Source: a virus
IMG/VR virus record: IMGVR_UViG_3300032309_002930
Location: 22,886 to 86,885 of that record
Strand: one strand, 5' to 3'
DNA length: 64,000 nucleotides
Made by a program: the position numbers and the translations under genes. The notes under the pieces were generated by a model. That model was not told where the DNA came from, searched no databases, and saw only the letters and a list, made by a program, of their open reading frames with translations. Shown here piece after piece: positions 39,301 to 47,870 of the stretch (the stretch's first letter is position 1; every line of letters starts with the position of its first letter).

Positions 39301-40587
39301 ATCACCATACCCATCATCAACAATTGTATCACAATATTGAGCAATTTGATATAAACTCCATTTATCAACTTGTTGATTTTTTATATACTTTCCTAAACCA
39401 TACCTTTTATTTGTTAAAAGATCGTAATAACACCAAGCTGGATTATCTGTCCAATACAATCCTACTCCAGATGGATGATAAACATCAGAAAATCGACCAT
39501 CCCAATCTCCAGCGTATGTTTTGCTAATTGGATTATAATTACTTGGAATTTTTACTTTTAATAGTTTAACATCATATGATCTATCTGGAGCATTTGAAAA
39601 ATATTCAGAAGTAAACAAACTTTTAAAAATTGCACATTTTGGATATATATACTCTTCTTGAAAAACTTCTGTTAAAGCATGTACAGTAATGGAATCCCTA
39701 GCGTTTAAAGTTGTACTCTCTTGGCTTCCTCTCTCTATTTCTATTCTCCATCCTAAATGAGATGTATCATTCGAGTCAAAATAATTTGTCAATGCAAATT
39801 CATGTTTTTCTATCATTCCACTTGAAATTTTACCAGTTGTTGTAATATTTTTAGTTAAATTTGGCACAGAAATAATTCCATTTTTTGTTATTTTAGATAC
39901 ATATATAGTATATCCAATAGATCTGTCTCTTGTATCTCCAGCTGTTGTAGACATTTTTACTCTAACGCCACAACCTAAATTATAAGTTACCCTGTCTACA
40001 TTCGGATCATTTTGTTGAAAAAACAAATTTTCAATTTTCATTGAAACAATTAAACTATTTATATTTGTGGTTCTAAAATCATAAACTTTTTTAAAAGTAC
40101 TACCATATCTTAAAATATCTCCAACTGATCTTGTTCTAGATGATTGCGGTAGAGAATTACCACCTATTTGACTAGTTAATCCGACTGCTGTTTTTTGAGT
40201 TCCATAATCTGCTTTAAAATTGATAGATGTAAAATTATATTGTCCAGCAGAATTCAATAATGGAACATTTTTCCAATAAACAGATCTCAAGTATGGATAA
40301 ACTCCTGGATAAGGAATAAAATTAGTATTAGTCCATCCAATATTTCCTACGGTTCCTATATAATTATATTTTCCAGATACTAAGCCTTCTATTGGTCCTT
40401 CTGAAATTAAATCAGTTATTTCTGTTTCTGTTCTTGATAATTTTTTAACTCCATTTATTATTAATCCTTCGGCAGCTTCTACTGGAGTATGAGGATCTGG
40501 AGGCGCTCCAGGAGTACAGCTGTCACCTCCTCCTCCTCCTGCTCCTCGAATTATTTTAGGATATATTTTTTTTATTTCTGTAGGCAT
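36370..40587 (-). CDS. Tail tip / host specificity protein J-like
   Basis: IRGAGG, DLISEGPIEGL, VKIPSNYNP, WDG.F, WTDNPAWCYYDLLT..RYGLG, EPRFTCN, GCTSRGQAYR.GKW, LKPGDVI, FnIII-like and C-terminal fibre domain. Confidence 0.93.
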   Translation of the reverse strand: MPTEIKKIYPKIIRGAGGGGGDSCTPGAPPDPHTPVEAAEGLIINGVKKLSRTETEITDLISEGPIEGLVSGKYNYIGTVGNIGWTNTNFIPYPGVYPYLRSVYWKNVPLLNSAGQYNFTSINFKADYGTQKTAVGLTSQIGGNSLPQSSRTRSVGDILRYGSTFKKVYDFRTTNINSLIVSMKIENLFFQQNDPNVDRVTYNLGCGVRVKMSTTAGDTRDRSIGYTIYVSKITKNGIISVPNLTKNITTTGKISSGMIEKHEFALTNYFDSNDTSHLGWRIEIERGSQESTTLNARDSITVHALTEVFQEEYIYPKCAIFKSLFTSEYFSNAPDRSYDVKLLKVKIPSNYNPISKTYAGDWDGRFSDVYHPSGVGLYWTDNPAWCYYDLLTNKRYGLGKYIKNQQVDKWSLYQIAQYCDTIVDDGYGDKEPRFTCNAIINDFSDAYSMLNDFTSIFRGMSYYANGSIFAIADMPKNPMILFTNSNVENGDFSYGSSSKKTRNTIAVVRFNDNNNFYKPVVEHVEDPEGIRKYGIRKIELGAFGCTSRGQAYRLGKWALASEQLETEIVDFVAGYDSLYLKPGDVIKIQDSNRILNRLGGRILNISTGVGGVHNFILDEEFSNITGYFNDNFPNQTYKLEIYTPRYRVTGNAYSDFLTGYDKSDIQSGYFNLNSLQAAVGYNEDKVLTKINCNKVFDTTNYNLLTGAIWACQTTGVGYGLNTETELYRVIAINEIDPNRFSVSAMEYNPSKYAFVESGFTFSDSPVLTPIVYKDASYPSGLSLALNENIYIQYRVSGAVDTVNYQTSSWRVYMKSGTNFNNQDYELQYINSNGATVSVPSGIYLVDNLTVTNPFISGRTIPTINDTTYYFRVYGVNEKDYYSAGVVTGSFYYNSIYASEYTNLLQLNNLSYQTSSDSKTFADLNNYNLIHDNEIDYEWSITNLAPVIKILKAKDLIFRVRLGTGNWNDKAFIDTQYYEPEATAGDFVVSTGYSSDNLRSILGNKVIDKFFFAVDAKIRNGNGKYTSQTTLASPEYDRTDGYLLGNFQNEKLSFDETKISDGFIDLNGNAKIILNSVPANMGSLYLFFTNSISRTGFLTESNLNRIMQLQYSSPYANFISNLAASGIQLREAFQNGNVFLTEEGFKNTVGGGIVKSGYFAIRAGTNFDQNLINSYSKDFANGSATVYGTSTSVASINYGSLPSGITQNFIFTATATPPKNRNAANNLMFLDQINPEPLFGTSNGIDLTTSADAFVLNAVNSGNLTLANGYNINVLSGNLNLNGNATLGKDYDNTILITGKFLRGIKSYNAPNTTQLSATVINSDKVIVTGAVAGGALVLPTGIHGAEIEIRNRSNQSLVIYATGTNRILDNSNGNLLLSSISLGLNNLANRNFVFGFSGASGIWFA

Positions 40588-41279
40588 TACGAAGTCCTTG
40601 TTGAAGAATTGTCAACATAATTAGTATTAAATGTAGCGCTTATACTTTTTGATCCGACTAGTACTGTTCCATAACCAATTGGAATTGGACCACCTTCACC
40701 ATTAACATTAGTTGGTCCATCAAAAAGATATGATTTATTTCCTCCAGCCTTACTTTGAGTATTGGGCGAAGCAAATTCTGGAGCAACAAAAGGTGGAGGA
40801 GATGATAAAAGTGATAAAAAACCTGCTGCAGCCAATCCAATACCAGCTACAACTAAACTTGCAGCAAGTGTAAATCCAATAATACCAGTAAGAGCTAATC
40901 CAACTCCAGTGGCGGCTAAAGCTACGCCTGCAATAAGAGCGCCAATTGCTAAAAAATTTCCACCACAACCTTCTAATATTGGAACAATATCGATACTTTG
41001 TAAATCATTATCTTTATAAATAGTAGATAAATTTGAATATACAACTTTTTCAAAATCATTTTTTATATCTTCTTGATTTTTAAAAATTTTAAAATCTTTT
41101 TTATTAATTAATACTCTATATTTTATATTTTCTTTATCTAATTCATATAAATTTTTATACAAAGCATTAGTATTAGCTTCTATTGCTCTTACCGCTTCAC
41201 CTACGCTATTTACAGCTAAAGTCCATTTACTTTTTTTTATTTTTTCTCCTAATATTCCATGTAATTCTATTTCGACCAT
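40587..41279 (-). CDS. Tail assembly protein I-like
   Basis: IELHGILG..EAVRAI, IVP..EG.G, hydrophobic segment, SYLFDGPTN, PIPIGYG..LVGS. Confidence 0.88.
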   Translation of the reverse strand: MVEIELHGILGEKIKKSKWTLAVNSVGEAVRAIEANTNALYKNLYELDKENIKYRVLINKKDFKIFKNQEDIKNDFEKVVYSNLSTIYKDNDLQSIDIVPILEGCGGNFLAIGALIAGVALAATGVGLALTGIIGFTLAASLVVAGIGLAAAGFLSLLSSPPPFVAPEFASPNTQSKAGGNKSYLFDGPTNVNGEGGPIPIGYGTVLVGSKSISATFNTNYVDNSSTRTS

Positions 41280-41281
41280 AA

Positions 41282-42409
41282 TTAAGCCTCCTTTGATGTT
41301 GCAGGGAATCCACCAAATGGTAATTCTCCATTTGTGCCATATCTTTTTCTACATCCTTTTAATCTTTTTGAACAAAGATCTGCAAGCCAATAATTACTAT
41401 TAAATGGAGAAAAAGTATTACCGTTAGTTTTAGAAACAAAAAAATATTTAATATCATTAATAACAACATAAACAAATTGACCTTTTGAGTAAGAAACTAC
41501 GGGTGTTTTTGACCATATAACAGGACTTCCAGCGGTGAGAGTTGTTCCACCTAATAAATCTCTTATATCTTCATCCTTATCCGTTGCTATAGGGTTTCCA
41601 GAATTTTTTTGAGAAGAAGAATAAACATTGTTACCGTATTCACATCCATCTCCTCTATAATCTAAAGAACAAGACTCGCTATACATTGTCCTAAGAGGTA
41701 ATTTTAAATTTTCTAAATCTATAATTGAACTTAATTCATATTGGATAATTTCTTTATTTTCTTTTAATTTTCTATCTACATAAAAAATATCATCTGCTAA
41801 AGCTGCATAGCTATCTGGGTCTATAATAAAATTATCATCATTTATAATTCCACCATAACTTTTAAAATTAACTGCATCAAGATATTTTAAAAAAGTTCTT
41901 TTTCTTGTAACTTCTAATCCAATAATATCTCCTATTGATCTAATTGTATTTTTAATTTTTGTAAAGAAAAAATTATAACTTGAATTTTGTATTTCATTTG
42001 TGAATGTTAATTTTGGTTTTGGAAGGGTTCCTCTGGATGCAGTTTCTATTCCATCTAACATGATTGGAAATGGAATATATCTTTTATTTTGCCAAATTAT
42101 TTGTCCAAATGAATTTAAAGATCCTAATGTTGAATTAGAGCTTGAATTTTCTACATTGATATTAAGATTATGAAATCTTAAAACTCCTACTGGATCATCT
42201 GCGGTTGATGAAATGTAACCATTTCCATCATTATAAGGTGAAGTTAAATTATTTTTAAAAGTTAATTCTGCAAGGTCTATATCATCTCTATTAATACCAA
42301 AAGTTCTAAAGTCTAATTCATAAAAAGTTACCAAACTAGTTGGACTAAATAATGAAGCTTCGGAAATAATTTTTTTAGATCCAGCAACAAGATTACTATT
42401 AATACTCAT
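41282..42409 (-). CDS. Minor tail protein L-like (Fe-S)
   Basis: YIPFPI, PKPKL, VTRKRTFLKYLDA.NF, CSLDYRGDGCEY, DLCSKRLKGCRKRY, LPFGGFP. Confidence 0.9.
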   Translation of the reverse strand: MSINSNLVAGSKKIISEASLFSPTSLVTFYELDFRTFGINRDDIDLAELTFKNNLTSPYNDGNGYISSTADDPVGVLRFHNLNINVENSSSNSTLGSLNSFGQIIWQNKRYIPFPIMLDGIETASRGTLPKPKLTFTNEIQNSSYNFFFTKIKNTIRSIGDIIGLEVTRKRTFLKYLDAVNFKSYGGIINDDNFIIDPDSYAALADDIFYVDRKLKENKEIIQYELSSIIDLENLKLPLRTMYSESCSLDYRGDGCEYGNNVYSSSQKNSGNPIATDKDEDIRDLLGGTTLTAGSPVIWSKTPVVSYSKGQFVYVVINDIKYFFVSKTNGNTFSPFNSNYWLADLCSKRLKGCRKRYGTNGELPFGGFPATSKEA

Positions 42410-42951
42410 ATATTTGAAGTTTCAGAAATTTTTATTGATATATTATAATTATCATAAAAATTATATGACACATTCCACTCTTCACAAACAAATCTTTTTG
42501 GATATAATTGAGAACTGTCAAAATTATAAGGAAATGGCGCATCACAAAAAAATGAATCACTAGCTTTTCTTTTATGCAAAAAATGAGCAATTGCACGGGT
42601 TTCGTTTTTATCTCTACCTTCTAATAATAAATCAAATTTTAAAAGATTATTATTAACTCCATCTGGTGTTCTTTGTTCGTAACCATTACCAAATTTTATA
42701 ACATTTACTGCAGGTTTTATTTGTAATTGAGATGAATAACTTGGGTTCCAAAAAAATTCTGGTCTTGCTAGACCACTATAACTTCTATATCCTCCCCAGT
42801 AAATATTTGAAGTAGAAGAAGTTGGAGTATTATTGGAATTATTATTAACTAAACTATAATAATAATTATTACTAGCTAATACTATATCATTTTTAACATA
42901 TGATATGTTACTCTGATAACCACTTACGCTATATAAAGATAGATCAGCCAT
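42406..42951 (-). CDS. Minor tail protein M-like (distal tail) with small N-terminal domain
   Basis: FFWNPSY, KFGNGYEQR.PDG.NN, F.CEEW. Confidence 0.85.
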   Translation of the reverse strand: MADLSLYSVSGYQSNISYVKNDIVLASNNYYYSLVNNNSNNTPTSSTSNIYWGGYRSYSGLARPEFFWNPSYSSQLQIKPAVNVIKFGNGYEQRTPDGVNNNLLKFDLLLEGRDKNETRAIAHFLHKRKASDSFFCDAPFPYNFDSSQLYPKRFVCEEWNVSYNFYDNYNISIKISETSNI

Positions 42952-42958
42952 TTTTACC

Positions 42959-42995
42959 TTACACCTTTAGTATTATTACACTTAATATAGTGTAA
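42959..42995. promoter_or_regulatory. Divergent GTGTAA putative late promoters
   Basis: TTACAC at 42959-42964 and 42976-42981 (- strand), GTGTAA at 42990-42995 (+ strand, ATG 10 nt later). Confidence 0.7.
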
Positions 42996-43005
42996 GTATT
43001 ATACA

Positions 43006-43881
43006 ATGTTAGGTAGAATTTCTAAAGAAGAGCAGCGGCTTTTTATAAACTCTAAACAGGTTTTAGGTATTCAGAATTTAAATGTTAACTATGATTTACC
43101 TATAGATGAAGTTAAAAGTTTGGGAATGCAAACGGTTGTTTTTAGTAATACTAGACCAGTAACAGCAGAAATAACAGTAAATAAATTAATGGTGGATCAA
43201 GATAACTTCCTTCCATTTACTGGAGATGTTTTTTTTAGCGGATATGTAGAATATAAAGATAAATATTTTGCTTTTAATTCTGGAATATTAAACAACTATT
43301 CTCTTTCTTGCGGAGTGGGTGAAATACCGTCTTTAAGTCTTGGGTTGACTGTTTTAGGTGATTTTGGTGGAAATATACCGAAGAGTTCTTCTACCGTTAC
43401 CCAAAATGATATTAAGATAATGGATTATGCAGATATTGAAGTTAGTCTTAATGATTTTAAAATTAATCGTTTGCAAAATTTTCAAATAACAATTGATACA
43501 AATAGAAATATATTGTATAATTTAAATAGCTCATATCCATTTCAAATTATATCCAATCCCCCAGTAGTTACTAATATAGATTTTGGAATGAAAATAGATA
43601 ATTATCAAATTAAAAATATTAGGGATCTTTTATGCACATATCAAGTAACTGGCGTGAATATAACTTTTAAGAATTATTGTGATCCAAATGGTAGTTCAGT
43701 TTTATCATTTAATTATAATGAAGCTATTTTTCTAGGAGAAGCATATCAAGCTTCTGTGGATGAATCTGCAATAGTTAATTTAAAATATAAAGCATTTAGC
43801 ACACCAACGCTATCAAAACCTATACCAAGTAAAATTCCAAATTCAGACGCGAGAAATTTAACTAATAATATTAGTTTTTAA
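43006..43881 (+). CDS. Tail tube protein paralogue (two tandem tube-like repeats)
   Basis: GIQNLNVNY..LG..LNNYSLSCGVG and RLQNFQI..R..LY.L..P..T parallel the two halves of 59917-61023. Confidence 0.65.
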   Translation: MLGRISKEEQRLFINSKQVLGIQNLNVNYDLPIDEVKSLGMQTVVFSNTRPVTAEITVNKLMVDQDNFLPFTGDVFFSGYVEYKDKYFAFNSGILNNYSLSCGVGEIPSLSLGLTVLGDFGGNIPKSSSTVTQNDIKIMDYADIEVSLNDFKINRLQNFQITIDTNRNILYNLNSSYPFQIISNPPVVTNIDFGMKIDNYQIKNIRDLLCTYQVTGVNITFKNYCDPNGSSVLSFNYNEAIFLGEAYQASVDESAIVNLKYKAFSTPTLSKPIPSKIPNSDARNLTNNISF

Positions 43882-44161
43882 TTTTGAAATAAATTTTATA
43901 TAAAAAACAAGCAAAAAGATGAGTTGCTAATCCACAGAATGGAAAAGAGAAAATTCCAAAAGTATAATAAAGTGGATTATAAAATAAAGTAGTAAAAATC
44001 CCCATCCAAAAACTAGAACATTCTGGACATAGTAGTGGTCTTCTAATATATGGAATCTTAGCGATAAGATTTCTTATTGGCGCAAATATATCAGAAAAAC
44101 TCCAAACAAAACTAACACCCAAACTTAGTATGATATAAGTAAGAAGTTCAAAAAATATCAT
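43871..44161 (-). CDS. Small membrane protein with CxxC (DUF1360-like)
   Basis: Hydrophobic helices, IFAPIR, LLCPECSSFW. Confidence 0.55.
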   Translation of the reverse strand: MIFFELLTYIILSLGVSFVWSFSDIFAPIRNLIAKIPYIRRPLLCPECSSFWMGIFTTLFYNPLYYTFGIFSFPFCGLATHLFACFLYKIYFKIKN

Positions 44162-44571
44162 AAAAAGAATACATTAACATATTCATCATCAATTTTTGAA
44201 GTTGAAAATGCTCTATAATTAGCTCTTTCTTGAATAAGACGATTTTGAAAAGCTTGCCATTCTGAAATTTTAACTTTTTCTACAACTCCAGCATATGGTT
44301 TTACAATATATCTTTTAGTTATTTCATCTAAAGAAATTGATGTATTATTTTTTTGAATAAAATTATTTAAGAAATCCAAGCATTTTGGTTTATTATTATT
44401 AACATATGCCTCTACTTTTCCTCTGCAAGAGCAGTTTGGATTTGTACGGAAACTTTGTATATCAGCATAAATTTCTGGAGCAAAAGCTTGAAATTCAGTT
44501 TTAAATTGTTCATTCGGAATAAGTTCTAAAAATACTTTAGAAATAAAAGGATAATTTGGTTCAATGTTCAT
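44158..44571 (-). CDS. Hypothetical protein
   Basis: 137-aa ORF with NPNCSC, overlapping the next gene. Confidence 0.55.
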   Translation of the reverse strand: MNIEPNYPFISKVFLELIPNEQFKTEFQAFAPEIYADIQSFRTNPNCSCRGKVEAYVNNNKPKCLDFLNNFIQKNNTSISLDEITKRYIVKPYAGVVEKVKISEWQAFQNRLIQERANYRAFSTSKIDDEYVNVFFL

Positions 44572-44614
44572 ATATATATTATATAATAGAACATTAAAAT
44601 TTCTAAAATTTATA

Positions 44615-44620
44615 GTGTAA
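44615..44620 (+). promoter_or_regulatory. GTGTAA putative late promoter
   Basis: AGTGTAA, 9 nt before ATG 44630. Confidence 0.65.
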
Positions 44621-44629
44621 ACTATTTAT

Positions 44630-45448
44630 ATGGATAGCATTTCCTTTAAACATGTACCAGTAAGAGTAGGCACAACTCTTAATAATTTAAAGTATCTTGT
44701 AGCTACAAGTGTTGATGTTAATACAACTAATTCAATAAATCAAGTTAAATCTTTAGGTTACTATAATTCGTATCCGTTACAGTTTGCTAGTAATTTTGTA
44801 ACTAATAATATATCAATACAATACGCGATTCAAAGCGGCGATCCAATAAAACCAATAATAGATGATATTAAAACTACCCAAAATAACGATGCTTCTGGGT
44901 TTTATTTGGACGTAGGTGGGCTTACTTTTTCAGGTATATATTTAGAAAATTTTTCTTTTAGCATCAATCCTAATACCCCTGTTTCTGCACAAGCTACTTT
45001 CGTTAGTTATTCTCCAGTAACTGGTCAATTTGGAAGAGATTCTGATCGTTCTGATGATAGAGTTAATGGAGTTATTAGCGCTAATTTTTTATATGGACAT
45101 AAGACAAACGTATCAATATCTACCGCATCAGAAGATCTTTCTAATTATTTTGGACTAAGTTACAACTTTAAAGCGGATTATTTACCAGTTAATACTATTG
45201 GTTCGAATTATCCAAAAGTTATAAAATTAAATGGCGCTCAAGAAGATTTAGAAGTGACAGAAAATCTTTATAGAAGAGTGTATTATACTGGAGAAGCTAG
45301 ATCAATCACAGTGAACATTTCTGGATTATGTTATAATACTCCTCAATATTCCTTATCTATAAATAATGCTCAATCTATATCTTCAAATATGAATTCTCAA
45401 AATAACGGAGTCGTAATAGCTTTAAGAAAGTTTACGAAATACTATTAA
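44630..45448 (+). CDS. Tail tube-like protein paralogue
   Basis: VKSLG, YLENFSFSINPN.PVSAQATF, LSYNF...PV.TIG...P. Confidence 0.55.
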   Translation: MDSISFKHVPVRVGTTLNNLKYLVATSVDVNTTNSINQVKSLGYYNSYPLQFASNFVTNNISIQYAIQSGDPIKPIIDDIKTTQNNDASGFYLDVGGLTFSGIYLENFSFSINPNTPVSAQATFVSYSPVTGQFGRDSDRSDDRVNGVISANFLYGHKTNVSISTASEDLSNYFGLSYNFKADYLPVNTIGSNYPKVIKLNGAQEDLEVTENLYRRVYYTGEARSITVNISGLCYNTPQYSLSINNAQSISSNMNSQNNGVVIALRKFTKYY

Positions 45449-46296
45449 TGTTTTATTCTTATAAAAATTTTCCAATTACAATACAAAGTTATAATGCAGC
45501 TGGAGCAAAAAATTCTTCTTTTGCAGATTACAGTTTTGTAGCTCAAAACATTGGATTAAATATACAGCCAAATGCAGATTTTACTTTTCCTATTGATCGC
45601 AAAAAACCTTACAGAGGATTTAATAAAGAAGGATTAACTTCAACAATTCAAATAGACTTTATAAGCCAAGTGCCATATGATAAAATATTTTTTAATAATA
45701 TATTTTTGGAAAGTGGAATTAAGCATAATTTTAAAATAAATTGTGGAGATAGTGTTTTTGTTAGTGGTTATTTAAAATCTTTTACCTCTTCTGTAAATCC
45801 TAATAATTTAGTACAAAATCAAGCTCAATTTATCTTTTTTTCTACTGGAAGTGGAACAAATGGATTTACTGGTTCAAATGGAACAACAACTTATCCAGTA
45901 AACGCAGATTCAAGTAGTTTTTATGCACATGGAGCTAATACTCTGATAGCTTTTAATGATACTTATAATGAATATAGTAAACATGAAGTTCAAAAAGTAG
46001 ATTTCACCTATAATGCAAATATTCAACCAATATATGATATTAATACAATTTATCCATCTAGAGTTGCCTTTAATAGAGAAGAAATAGAGTTAAATGTTGA
46101 ACTAGACAGCTATGGCATTGGTATAAGGAATATAAATAATATAATAGATGGCACAAAAATCGTTTATACTGGTTATCAAGGGTCTAATAATGGTATACAG
46201 CTGTATTTAAGATCTGGATATTTAATTAGTAAAAATTTTAATGCCAAGGTTAATGATGTTATAAATTCTAGAATTTCATTAAAATATTTCGTATAA
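45448..46296 (+). CDS. Tail tube-like protein paralogue
   Basis: GYLKSFTSSVNPN.LV..QAQF, VDFTYNA..QPIY.I....P; similar pattern to 44630 ORF. Confidence 0.55.
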   Translation: MFYSYKNFPITIQSYNAAGAKNSSFADYSFVAQNIGLNIQPNADFTFPIDRKKPYRGFNKEGLTSTIQIDFISQVPYDKIFFNNIFLESGIKHNFKINCGDSVFVSGYLKSFTSSVNPNNLVQNQAQFIFFSTGSGTNGFTGSNGTTTYPVNADSSSFYAHGANTLIAFNDTYNEYSKHEVQKVDFTYNANIQPIYDINTIYPSRVAFNREEIELNVELDSYGIGIRNINNIIDGTKIVYTGYQGSNNGIQLYLRSGYLISKNFNAKVNDVINSRISLKYFV

Positions 46297-46303
46297 TATT
46301 CAA

Positions 46304-47137
46304 ATGGAAAGATATACAGCTTCGATAGTTAAAGATGGTGTTATCATTCATGCAAATCCATCTCTTTTACCATTAAGAAAAAATACATTTTTAGTTTTTG
46401 AAAAAGACTTATTAACATTAAGAATTGATGATTTTCAAAATTATCAAGTAAATAAAAATTTCAAAACTATAGAATCAGATACCAAAATACATATTTTTGA
46501 AAATACAAAAGATTTTTCTATTGGTGATTATATTGATATTTATTATGAAGATTATGAATTTTTTGGTTATAGGAATATTTTAGAAAAAAATGGAGAAATA
46601 TATAAGAATCAAATTTTTTATCCAGAAAATGGATTGGAATCCAAAGGAAATAAAACAAGGCTATATGTTTCTAGTATTGATCAAAACGAAGTAGAATTAG
46701 AAGTAGAAGAAAAAGGAACTTATATTACTCCACCAGATCAAGACTCTCGCTTTATAAGTGAGAACGGAGCAATGATTCATTTGGATCATTTTTATAGAAA
46801 AACAACTATTAAAAATTATCAAAATAATATGATTAAAGATATAACATATGGAGATGGATTCTTAGTGCTACATCTATTAAACGCTTTGCCAACTAATGTA
46901 AAAGAAGGCTCTATAAACTTAACTAAAATTTTAATTAAAACTTATTCTGATATATCCAATATAGAAAAGCAGAATGAATTTTTTTATATTGTAAACAATA
47001 GACTTCCATATTTAAATCTTCCATTCCCAGAAATAGAAGATGAAGTTGCTCATAAAATGCTTCAAGATATTTTCTTTAAAATAGACAATAAACTCACTTT
47101 GTTAGAACAAGAAATTAAAAAATTATCTAATAAATAG
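46304..47137 (+). CDS. Hypothetical protein (beta-rich, C-terminal coiled coil), possibly structural
   Basis: Co-oriented with the tube paralogues; no motif recognised. Confidence 0.5.
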   Translation: MERYTASIVKDGVIIHANPSLLPLRKNTFLVFEKDLLTLRIDDFQNYQVNKNFKTIESDTKIHIFENTKDFSIGDYIDIYYEDYEFFGYRNILEKNGEIYKNQIFYPENGLESKGNKTRLYVSSIDQNEVELEVEEKGTYITPPDQDSRFISENGAMIHLDHFYRKTTIKNYQNNMIKDITYGDGFLVLHLLNALPTNVKEGSINLTKILIKTYSDISNIEKQNEFFYIVNNRLPYLNLPFPEIEDEVAHKMLQDIFFKIDNKLTLLEQEIKKLSNK

Positions 47138-47152
47138 TAAATTAAATTAAAA

Positions 47153-47866
47153 TTATTTTTTTGAATGCAAGACGATATCTTTCTTTTTATCTAACTCTAT
47201 AGAGAATTCGGGACTTCCAGGAGTATTTAATAAAATTGCATTAACATTTAATTTATTATAATCCACGTAACTTGAAAAATAAAATTGTTCTGCAAAAATA
47301 GATTGATCAAAAGTATTAAAATAATCTATATTGCAAAAAAATCTTTTATTTTCTTCTGCTAGAATAAAATTAAGAGATCTTTGAGAGTAGTCATATATAG
47401 ATTTTGAATTTCCGCTAAAGATTGCCATATTGTAAAAAATTTTTGGAGTTATTGACATTTCATTAGGTATATAATCTAAAAATTCTTTTTTATTATATTC
47501 TTTATAATAAGTGCTATTATCTTTATAAAAAACTGTAAAATCAAAATTATTATTAATTTCTAATGGTTTGAATATGGTAATATCTAAGTCTAAATGAATA
47601 AAATTATCAAACATTTGAGAGGCTAAAAAATAGGTCATTATTTTACCTAAAGACCAAGTAAATTTATACTCTTTATTTAATTTTTCTAAATCAAAATGTA
47701 CAGAGTCCCATGGTTCATCTTTTAGTATATCATAAGATTTATTGCAACAAAATAAATGTACTTTATAACCAAGTTTTTTTGAGTGATATATGGATCTTTT
47801 AAAATTTGTATTTTCTAATCTAATATTATTATTAAATGGGCTCCAACTTGAATATATTATATTCAT
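47153..47866 (-). CDS. GT-A-like nucleotide-sugar transferase (DUF6734-like)
   Basis: WSLGKI..Y, FIHLDLD (DxD), YNMAIF.G, FAEQ; likely ATG at 47866 just after the upstream stop. Confidence 0.6.
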   Translation of the reverse strand: MNIIYSSWSPFNNNIRLENTNFKRSIYHSKKLGYKVHLFCCNKSYDILKDEPWDSVHFDLEKLNKEYKFTWSLGKIMTYFLASQMFDNFIHLDLDITIFKPLEINNNFDFTVFYKDNSTYYKEYNKKEFLDYIPNEMSITPKIFYNMAIFSGNSKSIYDYSQRSLNFILAEENKRFFCNIDYFNTFDQSIFAEQFYFSSYVDYNKLNVNAILLNTPGSPEFSIELDKKKDIVLHSKK

Positions 47867-47870
47867 ATAA

